From: Tolypothrix carrinoi HA7290-LM1
GTDB lineage: Bacteria; Cyanobacteriota; Cyanobacteriia; Cyanobacteriales; Nostocaceae
Length of the DNA: 15,652 bases
Direction: 5' to 3'
NCBI GenBank assembly: GCA_019358935.1
Contig: JAHHIK010000154.1
Coordinates: 1-15,652, forward strand
Shown here one piece after another: positions 6,642 to 15,525 of this stretch. A model generated the notes under the pieces. The model ran no database searches. It saw nothing but the letters and a program-made list of their open reading frames with translations, and had not been told where the DNA came from. Within the stretch, counting starts at the first letter, position 1; each line of letters opens with the position of its first letter. Position numbers and translations under genes: made by a program.

Positions 6642-7949
6642 TTAAATTAATGTTAGATATTGTTTAATTAAGTCACTTCGGTGTGTAAAAACAACTTGTT
6701 CGTCGAACTGCTGACCAGATAATGCAGCCTGAGAAATTAACTCACTCAATTTTGCTCGGTCTAAATTGAGTTGAACCATCAAATAAGCTAGCTTTTGCCA
6801 ATCATTCATCGGCACAAATGCACCACCACCGTATTCTGATACAAGTCCTTCCGGGTAGAGACTGCTGTAACCGACTATCGGACAACCACAAACTAAAGAC
6901 TCAACTAAACATCGAGGTGATTCTGGGGTTTTGTGGCAAAACAGAAAGATATGATGTTTTTTCATCGTCTCTAAAAGTTTGTTTTGGTCATCAACAAATC
7001 CAGCGAAATGGACTTGCTCGGCAATACCCAATTTATCGGCAAGAGATTTCATTTCCAAAAGCAATGGTCCGTCACCAAGCCAAGTGGCTTGGATGTTAAC
7101 GCCAACTTGTACCAGACGATGTACCACTTTTAACCAGTCGAGGGGTCCTTTCATTTCGGCAGCTCGTCCTGCGTAGCAAATCAACAAAGGTTCATTTTGT
7201 AATAGTGAATTTATCTTTTGATTAAGACTGAAAGCATCAATGAGATCGGATTTTTTCGTATGAATGTCGTAAACACAATGAGGATTTTTGCAGAAAGGTG
7301 AATATGCCGAATAGCAGTCCTGTCCTTGAAAAAGTCCTAGGTGGGAACGACTAACTAAGTATTGCTGATAGGGTTTGAGAAACAAAAGACTGAAAAAATC
7401 TTGGAAGCGACGCTTGAGTGATGTTTTGTTATTTTTGTTGAATGTTCTTAGCATGACTTCGTATTCAACGCGATCTGCCCAGATAGAATAAGGTCGTTTG
7501 AGTTTGATGGCTTCCAGACAAGCGATCGCTCCCCAATCTCCAATAATTCCGCAAATGGCAAAACAAAGATATTCACACTCTTGGATCTTTGCAGTCAGTA
7601 GTTGAGATATGCTCTTGAAAGTTTGAATGAAGTCTGGCAATTTGTAAGCATAAGGCAGGGGAACTAATTCTAGTCGATCTGCACAAGGCAAATCGGCGAT
7701 CGCTTTCCATGTCGTTGAAGTCTGAGTTTTTTCGGTTATGTGTTCTGGCATCAAAGGACAAGCCATAACAACGCGATCAAAATTTTCTGCCCAACGAATC
7801 AAACCGTCGCAGGTTTGCTCATCAAATCCTAGGCGTCCTTTTACTTTCACAAACGGGACAGGCATTACTAATAAAATTTTCTTTTCGATTGCAGAAGTTT
7901 TATTAGTAAAAATTTTATTGTTAGGTTCAACTCTAAGTTTTTCAATCAT
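6642..7949 (-). CDS. GT-B fold glycosyltransferase (family 4-like)
   Basis: 435 aa with YAGRAAEMKG, WLGDGPL, VHFAGFV and ESPRCLVESLVCGCPIV motifs. Confidence 0.88.
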   Translation of the reverse strand: MIEKLRVEPNNKIFTNKTSAIEKKILLVMPVPFVKVKGRLGFDEQTCDGLIRWAENFDRVVMACPLMPEHITEKTQTSTTWKAIADLPCADRLELVPLPYAYKLPDFIQTFKSISQLLTAKIQECEYLCFAICGIIGDWGAIACLEAIKLKRPYSIWADRVEYEVMLRTFNKNNKTSLKRRFQDFFSLLFLKPYQQYLVSRSHLGLFQGQDCYSAYSPFCKNPHCVYDIHTKKSDLIDAFSLNQKINSLLQNEPLLICYAGRAAEMKGPLDWLKVVHRLVQVGVNIQATWLGDGPLLLEMKSLADKLGIAEQVHFAGFVDDQNKLLETMKKHHIFLFCHKTPESPRCLVESLVCGCPIVGYSSLYPEGLVSEYGGGAFVPMNDWQKLAYLMVQLNLDRAKLSELISQAALSGQQFDEQVVFTHRSDLIKQYLTLI

Positions 7950-7984
7950 GACTGCCAGTTCATCTTTACTAAAATCTGATTTCG

Positions 7985-9274
7985 CTAGATTGAGGTATTT
8001 GTAATTAGCGACTTGAATTTTCTGTTAGTTTTTAAATTTGACACAGTACAAGTCTGTTGATAAATCTCTAGAATGCGGTCGATTTTGCGTTCCCAGTCAA
8101 AATGCTGACGGACGCGCTCTTGTCCAGCACGACCCATTTGCGATCGCAACTCTGGATAATGTGCAAGTTTCAGCATGGCATCTGTGAATCCATTAATTAA
8201 TGCTTCGGTGGAAGTCGGTTCAATTAAAATCCCACAGGTTGCATCCAAATAATCCGCTGGACCACCCCATTTAGTTGCAATTACTGGTAATCCCATTGCC
8301 ATTGCTTCTAAAACCACTGCTCCGCCACACTCCAACAAACTCGGCAGAACTAGCGCCGATGCTTGTTCTAGCCTGATAGCGCACTCTTTTTGAGACAGCC
8401 AGCCAAAAAATTTCACTCGCTCCCCCAAGCCTAAATTCACAGCTTGAGCTTCTAATTCTTGCCGCAAATTCCCATCGCCGATAATTTCCAAACAAGCATC
8501 TGTTTCGGCGGCAACACCTTGAAAGGCTTCTATCAGTAATTCTACGGCTTTCCAGTCTACTAGCCGACCAATAAACACAAACTTCGCAGCCTCTGATGGT
8601 ATCTTTTCGGCTGCGAGGAGTTGCCACACGGACAAATCCACGCCGTTTTCTACCAATTCGATAACAGTGCCACTTATCCCTGAAGGTAGTGCTTGTTTTG
8701 TGCGTTCATTGGCAACTAGCAAAGTCTGTGCCTGAAGTTTACCGGGCATCACACGATTCCAGATATCTGCCAGTTGTCGCCCCAGTGAAATCGTTAATTT
8801 GGCGCTTTTGCTCTCGCGATCGCGAAAGGCGGGAGGGTATTCTATATCACCATTCATCGGACCGATGACAACCGGTGCGCCGACACCGTACATCAGCGAA
8901 GGAAATTTGGGGGAAACTGGTATCGGTTCATGCACTACATCTATGTTGTGTTGTAGCACCAGTTTCCGAACTATCGAGCGTTGGATGTTTTGCGTATACA
9001 GATGACTGATTAACCCTGTTGTCATCACTGCTACCCGTGAGGGCAAAAACTGCCCGAAACGCCAGAGAAACTTATGTATCCAGGTATCGCTGACAAAGTA
9101 CATGCGATCGCATTCTTTTGGCAAAAGTGATTGTAGTTCAGCTTGGGTGCGACCGTGAACTACTAACCACGCTTCGATGTTGCGATCGCGTAGTAACCTG
9201 AAGTAGTTTAGCGGCAGAAACGCCTCACCACCAAATTGACTGGAAGCGTGTTCAGCAACAATCACAACTCGCAT
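7985..9274 (-). CDS. Family 4 glycosyltransferase
   Basis: 429 aa with FIGRLVDWKA, IIGDG and LPSLLECGGAVVLEAMAMGLPVI (E-x7-E) motifs. Confidence 0.93.
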   Translation of the reverse strand: MRVVIVAEHASSQFGGEAFLPLNYFRLLRDRNIEAWLVVHGRTQAELQSLLPKECDRMYFVSDTWIHKFLWRFGQFLPSRVAVMTTGLISHLYTQNIQRSIVRKLVLQHNIDVVHEPIPVSPKFPSLMYGVGAPVVIGPMNGDIEYPPAFRDRESKSAKLTISLGRQLADIWNRVMPGKLQAQTLLVANERTKQALPSGISGTVIELVENGVDLSVWQLLAAEKIPSEAAKFVFIGRLVDWKAVELLIEAFQGVAAETDACLEIIGDGNLRQELEAQAVNLGLGERVKFFGWLSQKECAIRLEQASALVLPSLLECGGAVVLEAMAMGLPVIATKWGGPADYLDATCGILIEPTSTEALINGFTDAMLKLAHYPELRSQMGRAGQERVRQHFDWERKIDRILEIYQQTCTVSNLKTNRKFKSLITNTSI

Positions 9275-9340
9275 CTTGAGGTTCCTTGTAAAACGGTAGG
9301 TGCAATCGAGTAGTTAATCAGCTTTGCGTAAAAGCGCATT

Positions 9341-9390
9341 TTTAAACGCAAAGGTACGCTGAGGTACGCGCTGAGGTACGCAGAGTTTTT
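9341..9390. repeat. Intergenic short dispersed repeat, copy B
   Basis: TTTAAACGCAAAGGTACGCTGAGGTACGCGCTGAGGTACGCAGAGTTTTT; 42/50 identity to 2273-2322. Confidence 0.8.
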
Positions 9391-9416
9391 CCGCATTTTA
9401 ATGTACAATTTGATAC

Positions 9417-10121
9417 TTATATTTTCTTTTGCATAACCACAATAAAATCTGTAAGTTCAGCATCAACCTTGCCAAAAGTCAATGCTTTGACAACTGGTGA
9501 CATCATTTTCCATCCTCTATCGATTAGCCAATGACGCGATCGCAGTTTTTTCTGTCTGGGATTTTCATAAACATGCAAGCGTTCTATTGACAAATCATTT
9601 TCCGCTGCAAATTGCCTGATAGCTTCTGGTGAAATCGAAAACCGCAAATATGTTTTAAAAGGTAAACGGTCATCAACTCCCGCTAGCTTTTCTCCAAAAA
9701 TATATTTATAAAACCAAACATGAAAAGCATGGGGTGTAAACTTTGTCACCAATCCTTTCAAAGACATGACATTGGGAATTGCCACAATCATAATACCATC
9801 TTTCTTCAATGCTTTACGGCAATTATCAAGGACTTTTTCCGGATTGGAAAGATGTTCTAAAACCCACCAACAAACAATCAAATCAAACTCAGACTCTGGC
9901 AAATCATAACTTTCTACATCCGCCAAAATCTTTTCATTTAAAACCTCGTTTCTATCAAGTTGCTTTTGTGAGATATCAAGCCCAACTATATAAGAATTTG
10001 CCGGAATTTCAATATGAGAACAAGAGCCACAGCCAATTTCCAACACCTTAAAAGGTTGACGCTGCCAAATTAACTTCTCAACAACTGATTGCAACTTCGG
10101 GTCTTCTTCGAGTACTACCAT
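9417..10121 (-). CDS. Class I SAM-dependent methyltransferase
   Basis: 234 aa with VLEIGCGS, GLDIS and FDLIVCWWVLEHL motifs; AAGGAG RBS. Confidence 0.92.
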   Translation of the reverse strand: MVVLEEDPKLQSVVEKLIWQRQPFKVLEIGCGSCSHIEIPANSYIVGLDISQKQLDRNEVLNEKILADVESYDLPESEFDLIVCWWVLEHLSNPEKVLDNCRKALKKDGIMIVAIPNVMSLKGLVTKFTPHAFHVWFYKYIFGEKLAGVDDRLPFKTYLRFSISPEAIRQFAAENDLSIERLHVYENPRQKKLRSRHWLIDRGWKMMSPVVKALTFGKVDAELTDFIVVMQKKI

Positions 10122-10154
10122 GTAATCTCTCCTTAATTAAATTATGCAAAATTG

Positions 10155-10192
10155 CTCTTCTTCTTTGCGTCTTAGCGTCTTTGCGTGAGAAA
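10155..10192. repeat. Intergenic short repeat element
   Basis: Minus strand reads TTTCTCACGCAAAGACGCTAAGACGCAAAGAAGAAGAG, three ACGC(A/T)AAG 8-mers in tandem. Confidence 0.65.
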
Positions 10193-10197
10193 ACCCT

Positions 10198-11421
10198 TTA
10201 TCCAACAGGTTTATTAATTTCCCGCTCAGTACGCACCCAACTGCTTTGAGGTTGAACCAAAAACTTCAGATAAAGCGGAATCTTCCAAAAAATGTAAAAA
10301 GGAATAGTTAATAATTCCCCCAAAGGCAAATCTTGACTACCAAACTTCACCCAAGCTGTAAAAATTGCTGTTAGCAGAAACAACCCGGCTGTAGCTAACA
10401 AAATCGCTGGCATCCACAAAGCCGCCAAGACTCCAAACAGCAGTGAACTCGTCATCAGCGCCAACCAAATAACCACAAGTAAAGATAAAGGTGGCAGGGA
10501 CATATCTAAAGCGCTCATCAACAAATCTAATCTTTGTTGATGTATTGCTGCTTTAAATAACAAGGGTACATAAGTTAGTAAAGTTTGTAAATGTCCGTGT
10601 TCCCAACGAGTTCTTTGACTGGTAACAGCACGCTTTTGCTGGGGAAAATTCCCGGTAATATTTGCTTGTGGACAGAAAATTGGTGGGTGTCCAGCTATGG
10701 TCAAATCCAAGCTTAGTTTCATATCTTCAACGATGTAACCATTGGCTAAATCAACCGAACGAATGACAGACCAAGGAAAAGCCATTCCTGTACCGGTTAA
10801 TAAACAAGGTAGTTTCAATTGAGTTAATCCACGCAGACGAACTAAATTTTTCACCTTGAAAGCAAATACTGAGATTGATTCTTTAGGGCTAGAATTAGTG
10901 GGTTTTGCCATCAAATAGGTAGCTTGCACGGGTCTTTTTGTGGCGATCGCACTCTGAGTTAAAGAAGCGATCGCACCAATATGAACTCTACAGTCAGCAT
11001 CAACAAACACAACGACATCTGGTGGATCGCAAGAAAGAAACCGCAAGCCATAATCAAGAGCGTATCCCTTACCGCGCAGCATCAAATCGTGACGCTCGAT
11101 GACTGTAGCACCCGCAGCAGATGCAATTTCCGCCGTGCGATCGCTGCAATTGTCAGCAATTACTATTAAGCGATGTTCGTTTTTTAATTGTGATTTGATG
11201 TCTAGTAGTGTCGAACCAATGACCAATTCTTCATTGTGTGCTGGAACTAACACCGCAACTTTAGGATTTTGACTTCCATTCGCAACACAAGCAAGTGGAA
11301 ACAAAGCCGCGATACATTCCCCCAGCAAAACTAAGCTGAGAATTACCAACCCTAATGCACTAATTAACAAAACAGCATCAACGAATAAAACCGCAAACTG
11401 GTTAATTGACATTTGTTGCAT
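10198..11421 (-). CDS. Membrane-bound family 2 glycosyltransferase with QxxRW motif
   Basis: 407 aa with N-terminal TM, VPAHNEE, ADNCSD, GKGYAL, FVDAD, VED and QRTRW motifs, plus C-terminal TMs. Confidence 0.93.
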   Translation of the reverse strand: MQQMSINQFAVLFVDAVLLISALGLVILSLVLLGECIAALFPLACVANGSQNPKVAVLVPAHNEELVIGSTLLDIKSQLKNEHRLIVIADNCSDRTAEIASAAGATVIERHDLMLRGKGYALDYGLRFLSCDPPDVVVFVDADCRVHIGAIASLTQSAIATKRPVQATYLMAKPTNSSPKESISVFAFKVKNLVRLRGLTQLKLPCLLTGTGMAFPWSVIRSVDLANGYIVEDMKLSLDLTIAGHPPIFCPQANITGNFPQQKRAVTSQRTRWEHGHLQTLLTYVPLLFKAAIHQQRLDLLMSALDMSLPPLSLLVVIWLALMTSSLLFGVLAALWMPAILLATAGLFLLTAIFTAWVKFGSQDLPLGELLTIPFYIFWKIPLYLKFLVQPQSSWVRTEREINKPVG

Positions 11422-11448
11422 CCTAAATTGGTTACTTAGTCAAGCTGT

Positions 11449-12051
11449 TTATAGCTGACTGAGTTCACCGATATCAAATTTGTGATGATTGTCAGAATTA
11501 ATGATTTTTGCCGGAATACCAACTGCTGTTGCTCTTGCCGGAACATTACTTAAAACTACAGCATTCGCACCAATATTTACATCATCTCCAACAGTGATGT
11601 CACCAAAAATTTTTGCACCAGCACCAACATTGACACGTTTACCTAACTTTGGTGCATCAAGCGGACGATTTAAATAACGATTACCTAAAGTAACACCTTG
11701 GCGAATAATACTTTCATCGCCAATTGAAGCGTATCCATGAATTACAATTCCTCCTTGGTGTTCAATAATTACGCGACGACCAAGTTGGACAGTAAACGGT
11801 AGCTCAATTCCATAGGTATTGCGAACTTTCCGAAATAACATTTTATATAAAATGCTGAACGGTGCCCGCACAAATTTGGATTTAATTTTCATTGTCCAAA
11901 CACCAAAACGGTGAACTGCTACTGCGCGAAATCCTGGTTTAGTCCAATCTCGTCCATGAGCAATCCAGTCTTCTTTCACAAGCTGCCAAAGACTTAAAGT
12001 AAAAAGTTCCGCCTCGCTTGCAGTTGCTCTCCCAAAGGGTAATGCACTCAT
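11449..12051 (-). CDS. Hexapeptide-repeat O-acetyltransferase (serine-acetyltransferase-like / WcaB-like)
   Basis: 200 aa with GIELP, IEHQGGIVI, IRQGVTLG, VGAGAKI, IGANAVV and VGIPAK left-handed beta-helix motifs; located within the EPS cluster. Confidence 0.88.
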   Translation of the reverse strand: MSALPFGRATASEAELFTLSLWQLVKEDWIAHGRDWTKPGFRAVAVHRFGVWTMKIKSKFVRAPFSILYKMLFRKVRNTYGIELPFTVQLGRRVIIEHQGGIVIHGYASIGDESIIRQGVTLGNRYLNRPLDAPKLGKRVNVGAGAKIFGDITVGDDVNIGANAVVLSNVPARATAVGIPAKIINSDNHHKFDIGELSQL

Positions 12052-12114
12052 CGCTCTTGTTCCTATTTCAGTTTTTTATGAATAAGCTCGCGAGTTTTTT
12101 CAACTTCTCACTAA

Positions 12115-14301
12115 TTAAGGTATCGACGCAGTATCTACTTTTTCCACACCGTTTTCTGAGCGGTAGCTATTGTAGTAAAAATAGTTATCAGGCTCGTGCT
12201 TCACATTAACCGCATTGGCAACAATTCCTAAGATATTAGCTTCAGAACGTGCCAGTAAAGATTTAGCAGCAGTAGCAGTATTTGAATCAACAACGCCCGG
12301 TCTAACGACAATTAAAACTCCGTCTACCATGTTGCCTAAAACTGCTGCATCGGCAGTTCCCACAAGGGGCGGAGTGTCAAAAATTACGTAATCGTAACTT
12401 TGAGATAACATGTCTATAAAGGATGTCATGCGTTCTGAATCAATTAACGCTAAGGGATTGGGAGGCATGACTCCAGCAGTTAGTACAGATAAATTGCTTG
12501 TTATTCTTTGTACTGATTTTGAAAATTCATTTTCTCCAACCATGACATTACTTAAACCGACTGAGTTTATTAAACCCCAGAGGTGATGTTGGGAGGGCTG
12601 ACGCATATCTGCATCAACTAACAAAACTCGTCGTCCAGCTAAAGACATTACCGCAGCTAAATTAGCAGCAACTTCTGTTTTTCCCTCCCCAGAAATAGAA
12701 CTCGTGACTACAATTGCAGAAACTTTTCTATCTAAGCTAATAAATTTCAGATTTGCTTGCAGCATTTGGTATGCTTCGTGAATTACAGTACGCGGAGAAG
12801 TCGCCACAATAATTCGCTCTGAAACTTTTTCTAAGCTTCTATCTAGAGGAGTAGATGTATTATTATTTTCAATTTTAGGAATTAGCCCTAACAAGGTATA
12901 GCCAAAAAGCGCTTCAGCTTCTTTAGTTGTCTTCAATCTTCTATCAATTAAGTCAACAAAAAAGGCAGATGCTACGCCCAAAAGTAAACCAACAAATCCG
13001 CTACCTAATGTGATTACAAATGTCTTTCTTTTTACTGCTGCACTGGGGGCAACTTTAGCATATTCGACTACTTTAGCATTGCCTACAGTTTGATTTTCTG
13101 CTACTTGAATTTCTTGTTGTCTTGTCAAAAGGTTTTCGTAACTTTTTTGGGCAATTGATAGTCCTCGTTCTAAATCTCCTTCTTGTTTTTCTAAATTTGG
13201 CATCACCTCGGCTCTTCTTTTATAAGAAGCTATAACCGCAGATAAAGCTTCTACTTTTTTTTCTAAACCTAAGCGTTGTGACTGTAATCTGACAAAATCT
13301 GATGTTAAGTTTTGCTTGATTTCCCCCATTTGCAATTTCCCAGGAGCAATCGCAGCTTTATATCCTAAAGATTGAGATATTTGCTGTTGCAATAAAGAAT
13401 TTATATTTGCTTCTTGACTTTCGAGATCGACGATGGCTGGATGTGTTTCTGTATAACGAGCTTTCAAAGCTGCTAGTTGAGTTTCTACCTTTTGCAGTTC
13501 AGCTAAAAGTCCCTGCACACCAGGTATTTGACTTAATGAAGTGATATCCACCGCTTGATCTACAGGTAAATTCATTTGACGGCGTATTTGTATTTCCTGA
13601 GCACTTGCATCCGCTAATTCCGAACGAGCTTTGGCTAATTCATTCTCGGCATCACTGATATTTTTCACTGATGCTCTTGTTTCTTCTGCAAGTTCGAGAA
13701 TTTGATTTTTTAGCTTAAATTCTCGCAAAGCTTCTGCTGCTTTCTCTAATTGTGCTTTAGCTCGTGGCAATTCTTTTTCAATGAATGCACCGGCGGAGAT
13801 AGCTTGAGTTCGATTACTAAGAATGTTATTGGCAATGTAAGATTTCATCACCTGATCGACTATTGCTTTAGCCGATTCCGGATTGTCAGATGTGTAAGAA
13901 ACTTTCAGGACATCAGTACCGACAACTGCTTCCGTCTTGATAGAAATTGCATCTGGACTCAAAGGATTGCCCTTTTTATCTTTTAAATTGAGGGTTTTGA
14001 TCACGTCTAGGATGACCGGCTCAGACTGCATTACTATCGCTTGCGTGTCTAAAGGATTAGCCTCACGTTTGACGGATTCAAGATGCCCTATTTTTTCGCC
14101 TACTCCCGTCAGTGATGAAGTTTGGTTGGATTGGAAAAGAAGTTTTCCACTTCCTTCGTAAACGGGTGGTTGCATAACGAAATTAATTCCACCAAGGGTA
14201 GCAAAAACTGCAAACACTCCTGAAGCTATCAGCCAGCGACGTTTGAGAACTAGCAAATATTTTTGAACATCTATCTCTTCAGGATAGTTTTTTGTCTCCA
14301 T
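12115..14301 (-). CDS. wzc: Polysaccharide co-polymerase / tyrosine autokinase (Wzc/GumC family)
   Basis: 728 aa: two TMs flanking a coiled-coil region (YTETHP), Walker A SGEGKT, A' VDADMRQP, B IFDTPP, and a C-terminal Tyr cluster NYFYYNSY. Confidence 0.95.
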   Translation of the reverse strand: METKNYPEEIDVQKYLLVLKRRWLIASGVFAVFATLGGINFVMQPPVYEGSGKLLFQSNQTSSLTGVGEKIGHLESVKREANPLDTQAIVMQSEPVILDVIKTLNLKDKKGNPLSPDAISIKTEAVVGTDVLKVSYTSDNPESAKAIVDQVMKSYIANNILSNRTQAISAGAFIEKELPRAKAQLEKAAEALREFKLKNQILELAEETRASVKNISDAENELAKARSELADASAQEIQIRRQMNLPVDQAVDITSLSQIPGVQGLLAELQKVETQLAALKARYTETHPAIVDLESQEANINSLLQQQISQSLGYKAAIAPGKLQMGEIKQNLTSDFVRLQSQRLGLEKKVEALSAVIASYKRRAEVMPNLEKQEGDLERGLSIAQKSYENLLTRQQEIQVAENQTVGNAKVVEYAKVAPSAAVKRKTFVITLGSGFVGLLLGVASAFFVDLIDRRLKTTKEAEALFGYTLLGLIPKIENNNTSTPLDRSLEKVSERIIVATSPRTVIHEAYQMLQANLKFISLDRKVSAIVVTSSISGEGKTEVAANLAAVMSLAGRRVLLVDADMRQPSQHHLWGLINSVGLSNVMVGENEFSKSVQRITSNLSVLTAGVMPPNPLALIDSERMTSFIDMLSQSYDYVIFDTPPLVGTADAAVLGNMVDGVLIVVRPGVVDSNTATAAKSLLARSEANILGIVANAVNVKHEPDNYFYYNSYRSENGVEKVDTASIP

Positions 14302-14408
14302 ACAAATTTCTTACTTGTAGATGAATGCGTGGTTGGAGTATCAATGAAATTGTCATGTGAATACTTTGAGTAAAAACTTGGATCAACTTTTATTGAAACT
14401 AAAAGTTT

Positions 14409-15224
14409 TTACATTTTTTTACTCTTTATCAAAGATGCGAGGTTACTACCCTTATGTCTCTTAACTGCTGACCAAGGATTTTCATAAAGCTGAAATCTTT
14501 GCTTCACAATTAGCCACAAAAATGGAATAGCATCCAACAGATACCTCTTCCAGAGTCGCTGAGGTTCGCTTAACAGCCGATAAAGCCACTCTAGACCAAC
14601 TTCACTCATCCACTTTGGCGATCGCTTGATATTACCTGCCTCAAAACCGATAGTTGCACCAATCGCCAAAAATACTTTCACATTCTTCAATTGCTTTCTA
14701 TACCTAGCAATCCACATTTCTTGTTTGGGTGCGCCTACACCAATTGCTAAAACTGTAGCATCTGAAAAGTTAATCAGATTAACAATCTCTTGACACTCCT
14801 CTTCATTTTTCTCAAATCCAAAGGACGGCGAGTGCGCCGCAACTATAATATCTCTACCTACCTTTGAATTAATTTTTTGTTGAGCTATCTTAACTACATC
14901 TGCCTCAGCGCCCAGCAAAAATATTTTGATTTTGTCATCATGCTGGTAATAATTGTAAAACGCTGGAAACAAATCTGAACCCGAAATTTTCTCCTGTATT
15001 GGTGTTCTCAAAAAACTCGATATATACATCAAAACTTTACTATCGCAAACTCTATAATCTGCCTCTTGGTAAACAAGATAAAAGTCTTGATTTTTCTGCA
15101 ATTTCATCACATGATCTACGTTTGGGGTAAACACAACACCACCGATTCGCAGATTTTCTAGCAATTCGACCATTGTGATGTTGTTGATGGTCACATTTAG
15201 TAAGTTAACCTGTCTCATCATCAC
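14409..15224 (-). CDS. WecB/TagA/CpsF-family glycosyltransferase
   Basis: FTPNVDH, ISGSDL, FLLGA, GVGAPKQE and GLEWLYRLLSEPQRLWKRY motifs. Start could be GTG 15224 or ATG 15221/15218. Confidence 0.95.
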   Translation of the reverse strand: MMMRQVNLLNVTINNITMVELLENLRIGGVVFTPNVDHVMKLQKNQDFYLVYQEADYRVCDSKVLMYISSFLRTPIQEKISGSDLFPAFYNYYQHDDKIKIFLLGAEADVVKIAQQKINSKVGRDIIVAAHSPSFGFEKNEEECQEIVNLINFSDATVLAIGVGAPKQEMWIARYRKQLKNVKVFLAIGATIGFEAGNIKRSPKWMSEVGLEWLYRLLSEPQRLWKRYLLDAIPFLWLIVKQRFQLYENPWSAVKRHKGSNLASLIKSKKM

Positions 15225-15525
15225 CGTTAAAACAACTAAGCCTACGGGACAAAACTGTTTTTAGTGACTAACCAAGCAAGTTGTTTTAACTAGGGAAATC
15301 CAAAAAAAACATGATGTACCGATGATTGCAAAATACAGATTTCCCAGATTGCAATTTAAACAATGACTGAAAAAAGCTATTTAACAGAAAGTAATTTTCA
15401 ATTGTTTAGTTGCTTGGTTATTTACTGTGGATATGTACATTTTCTATTGCCAAAAATAAATATACCTTTTTCTGTGTATATTTAAAAGAGCTAATATAAA
15501 GTTAATATGTAGAGAGAAAAAAATT

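Noticed and set aside
11449..12051. cysE (housekeeping serine acetyltransferase)
   Set aside because: It is short, lacks the full CysE N-terminal helical domain and sits in an EPS cluster; a polysaccharide acetyltransferase is more likely.
1619..14161. Short + strand and nested ORFs (e.g. 4492-4893, 2346-2639, 8271-8627, 13750-13986)
   Set aside because: They are shadow frames overlapping well-supported minus-strand genes, with no recognisable motifs.
15316..15329. NtcA site (GTA-N8-TGC)
   Set aside because: It mismatches the GTA-N8-TAC consensus and has no supporting promoter evidence.
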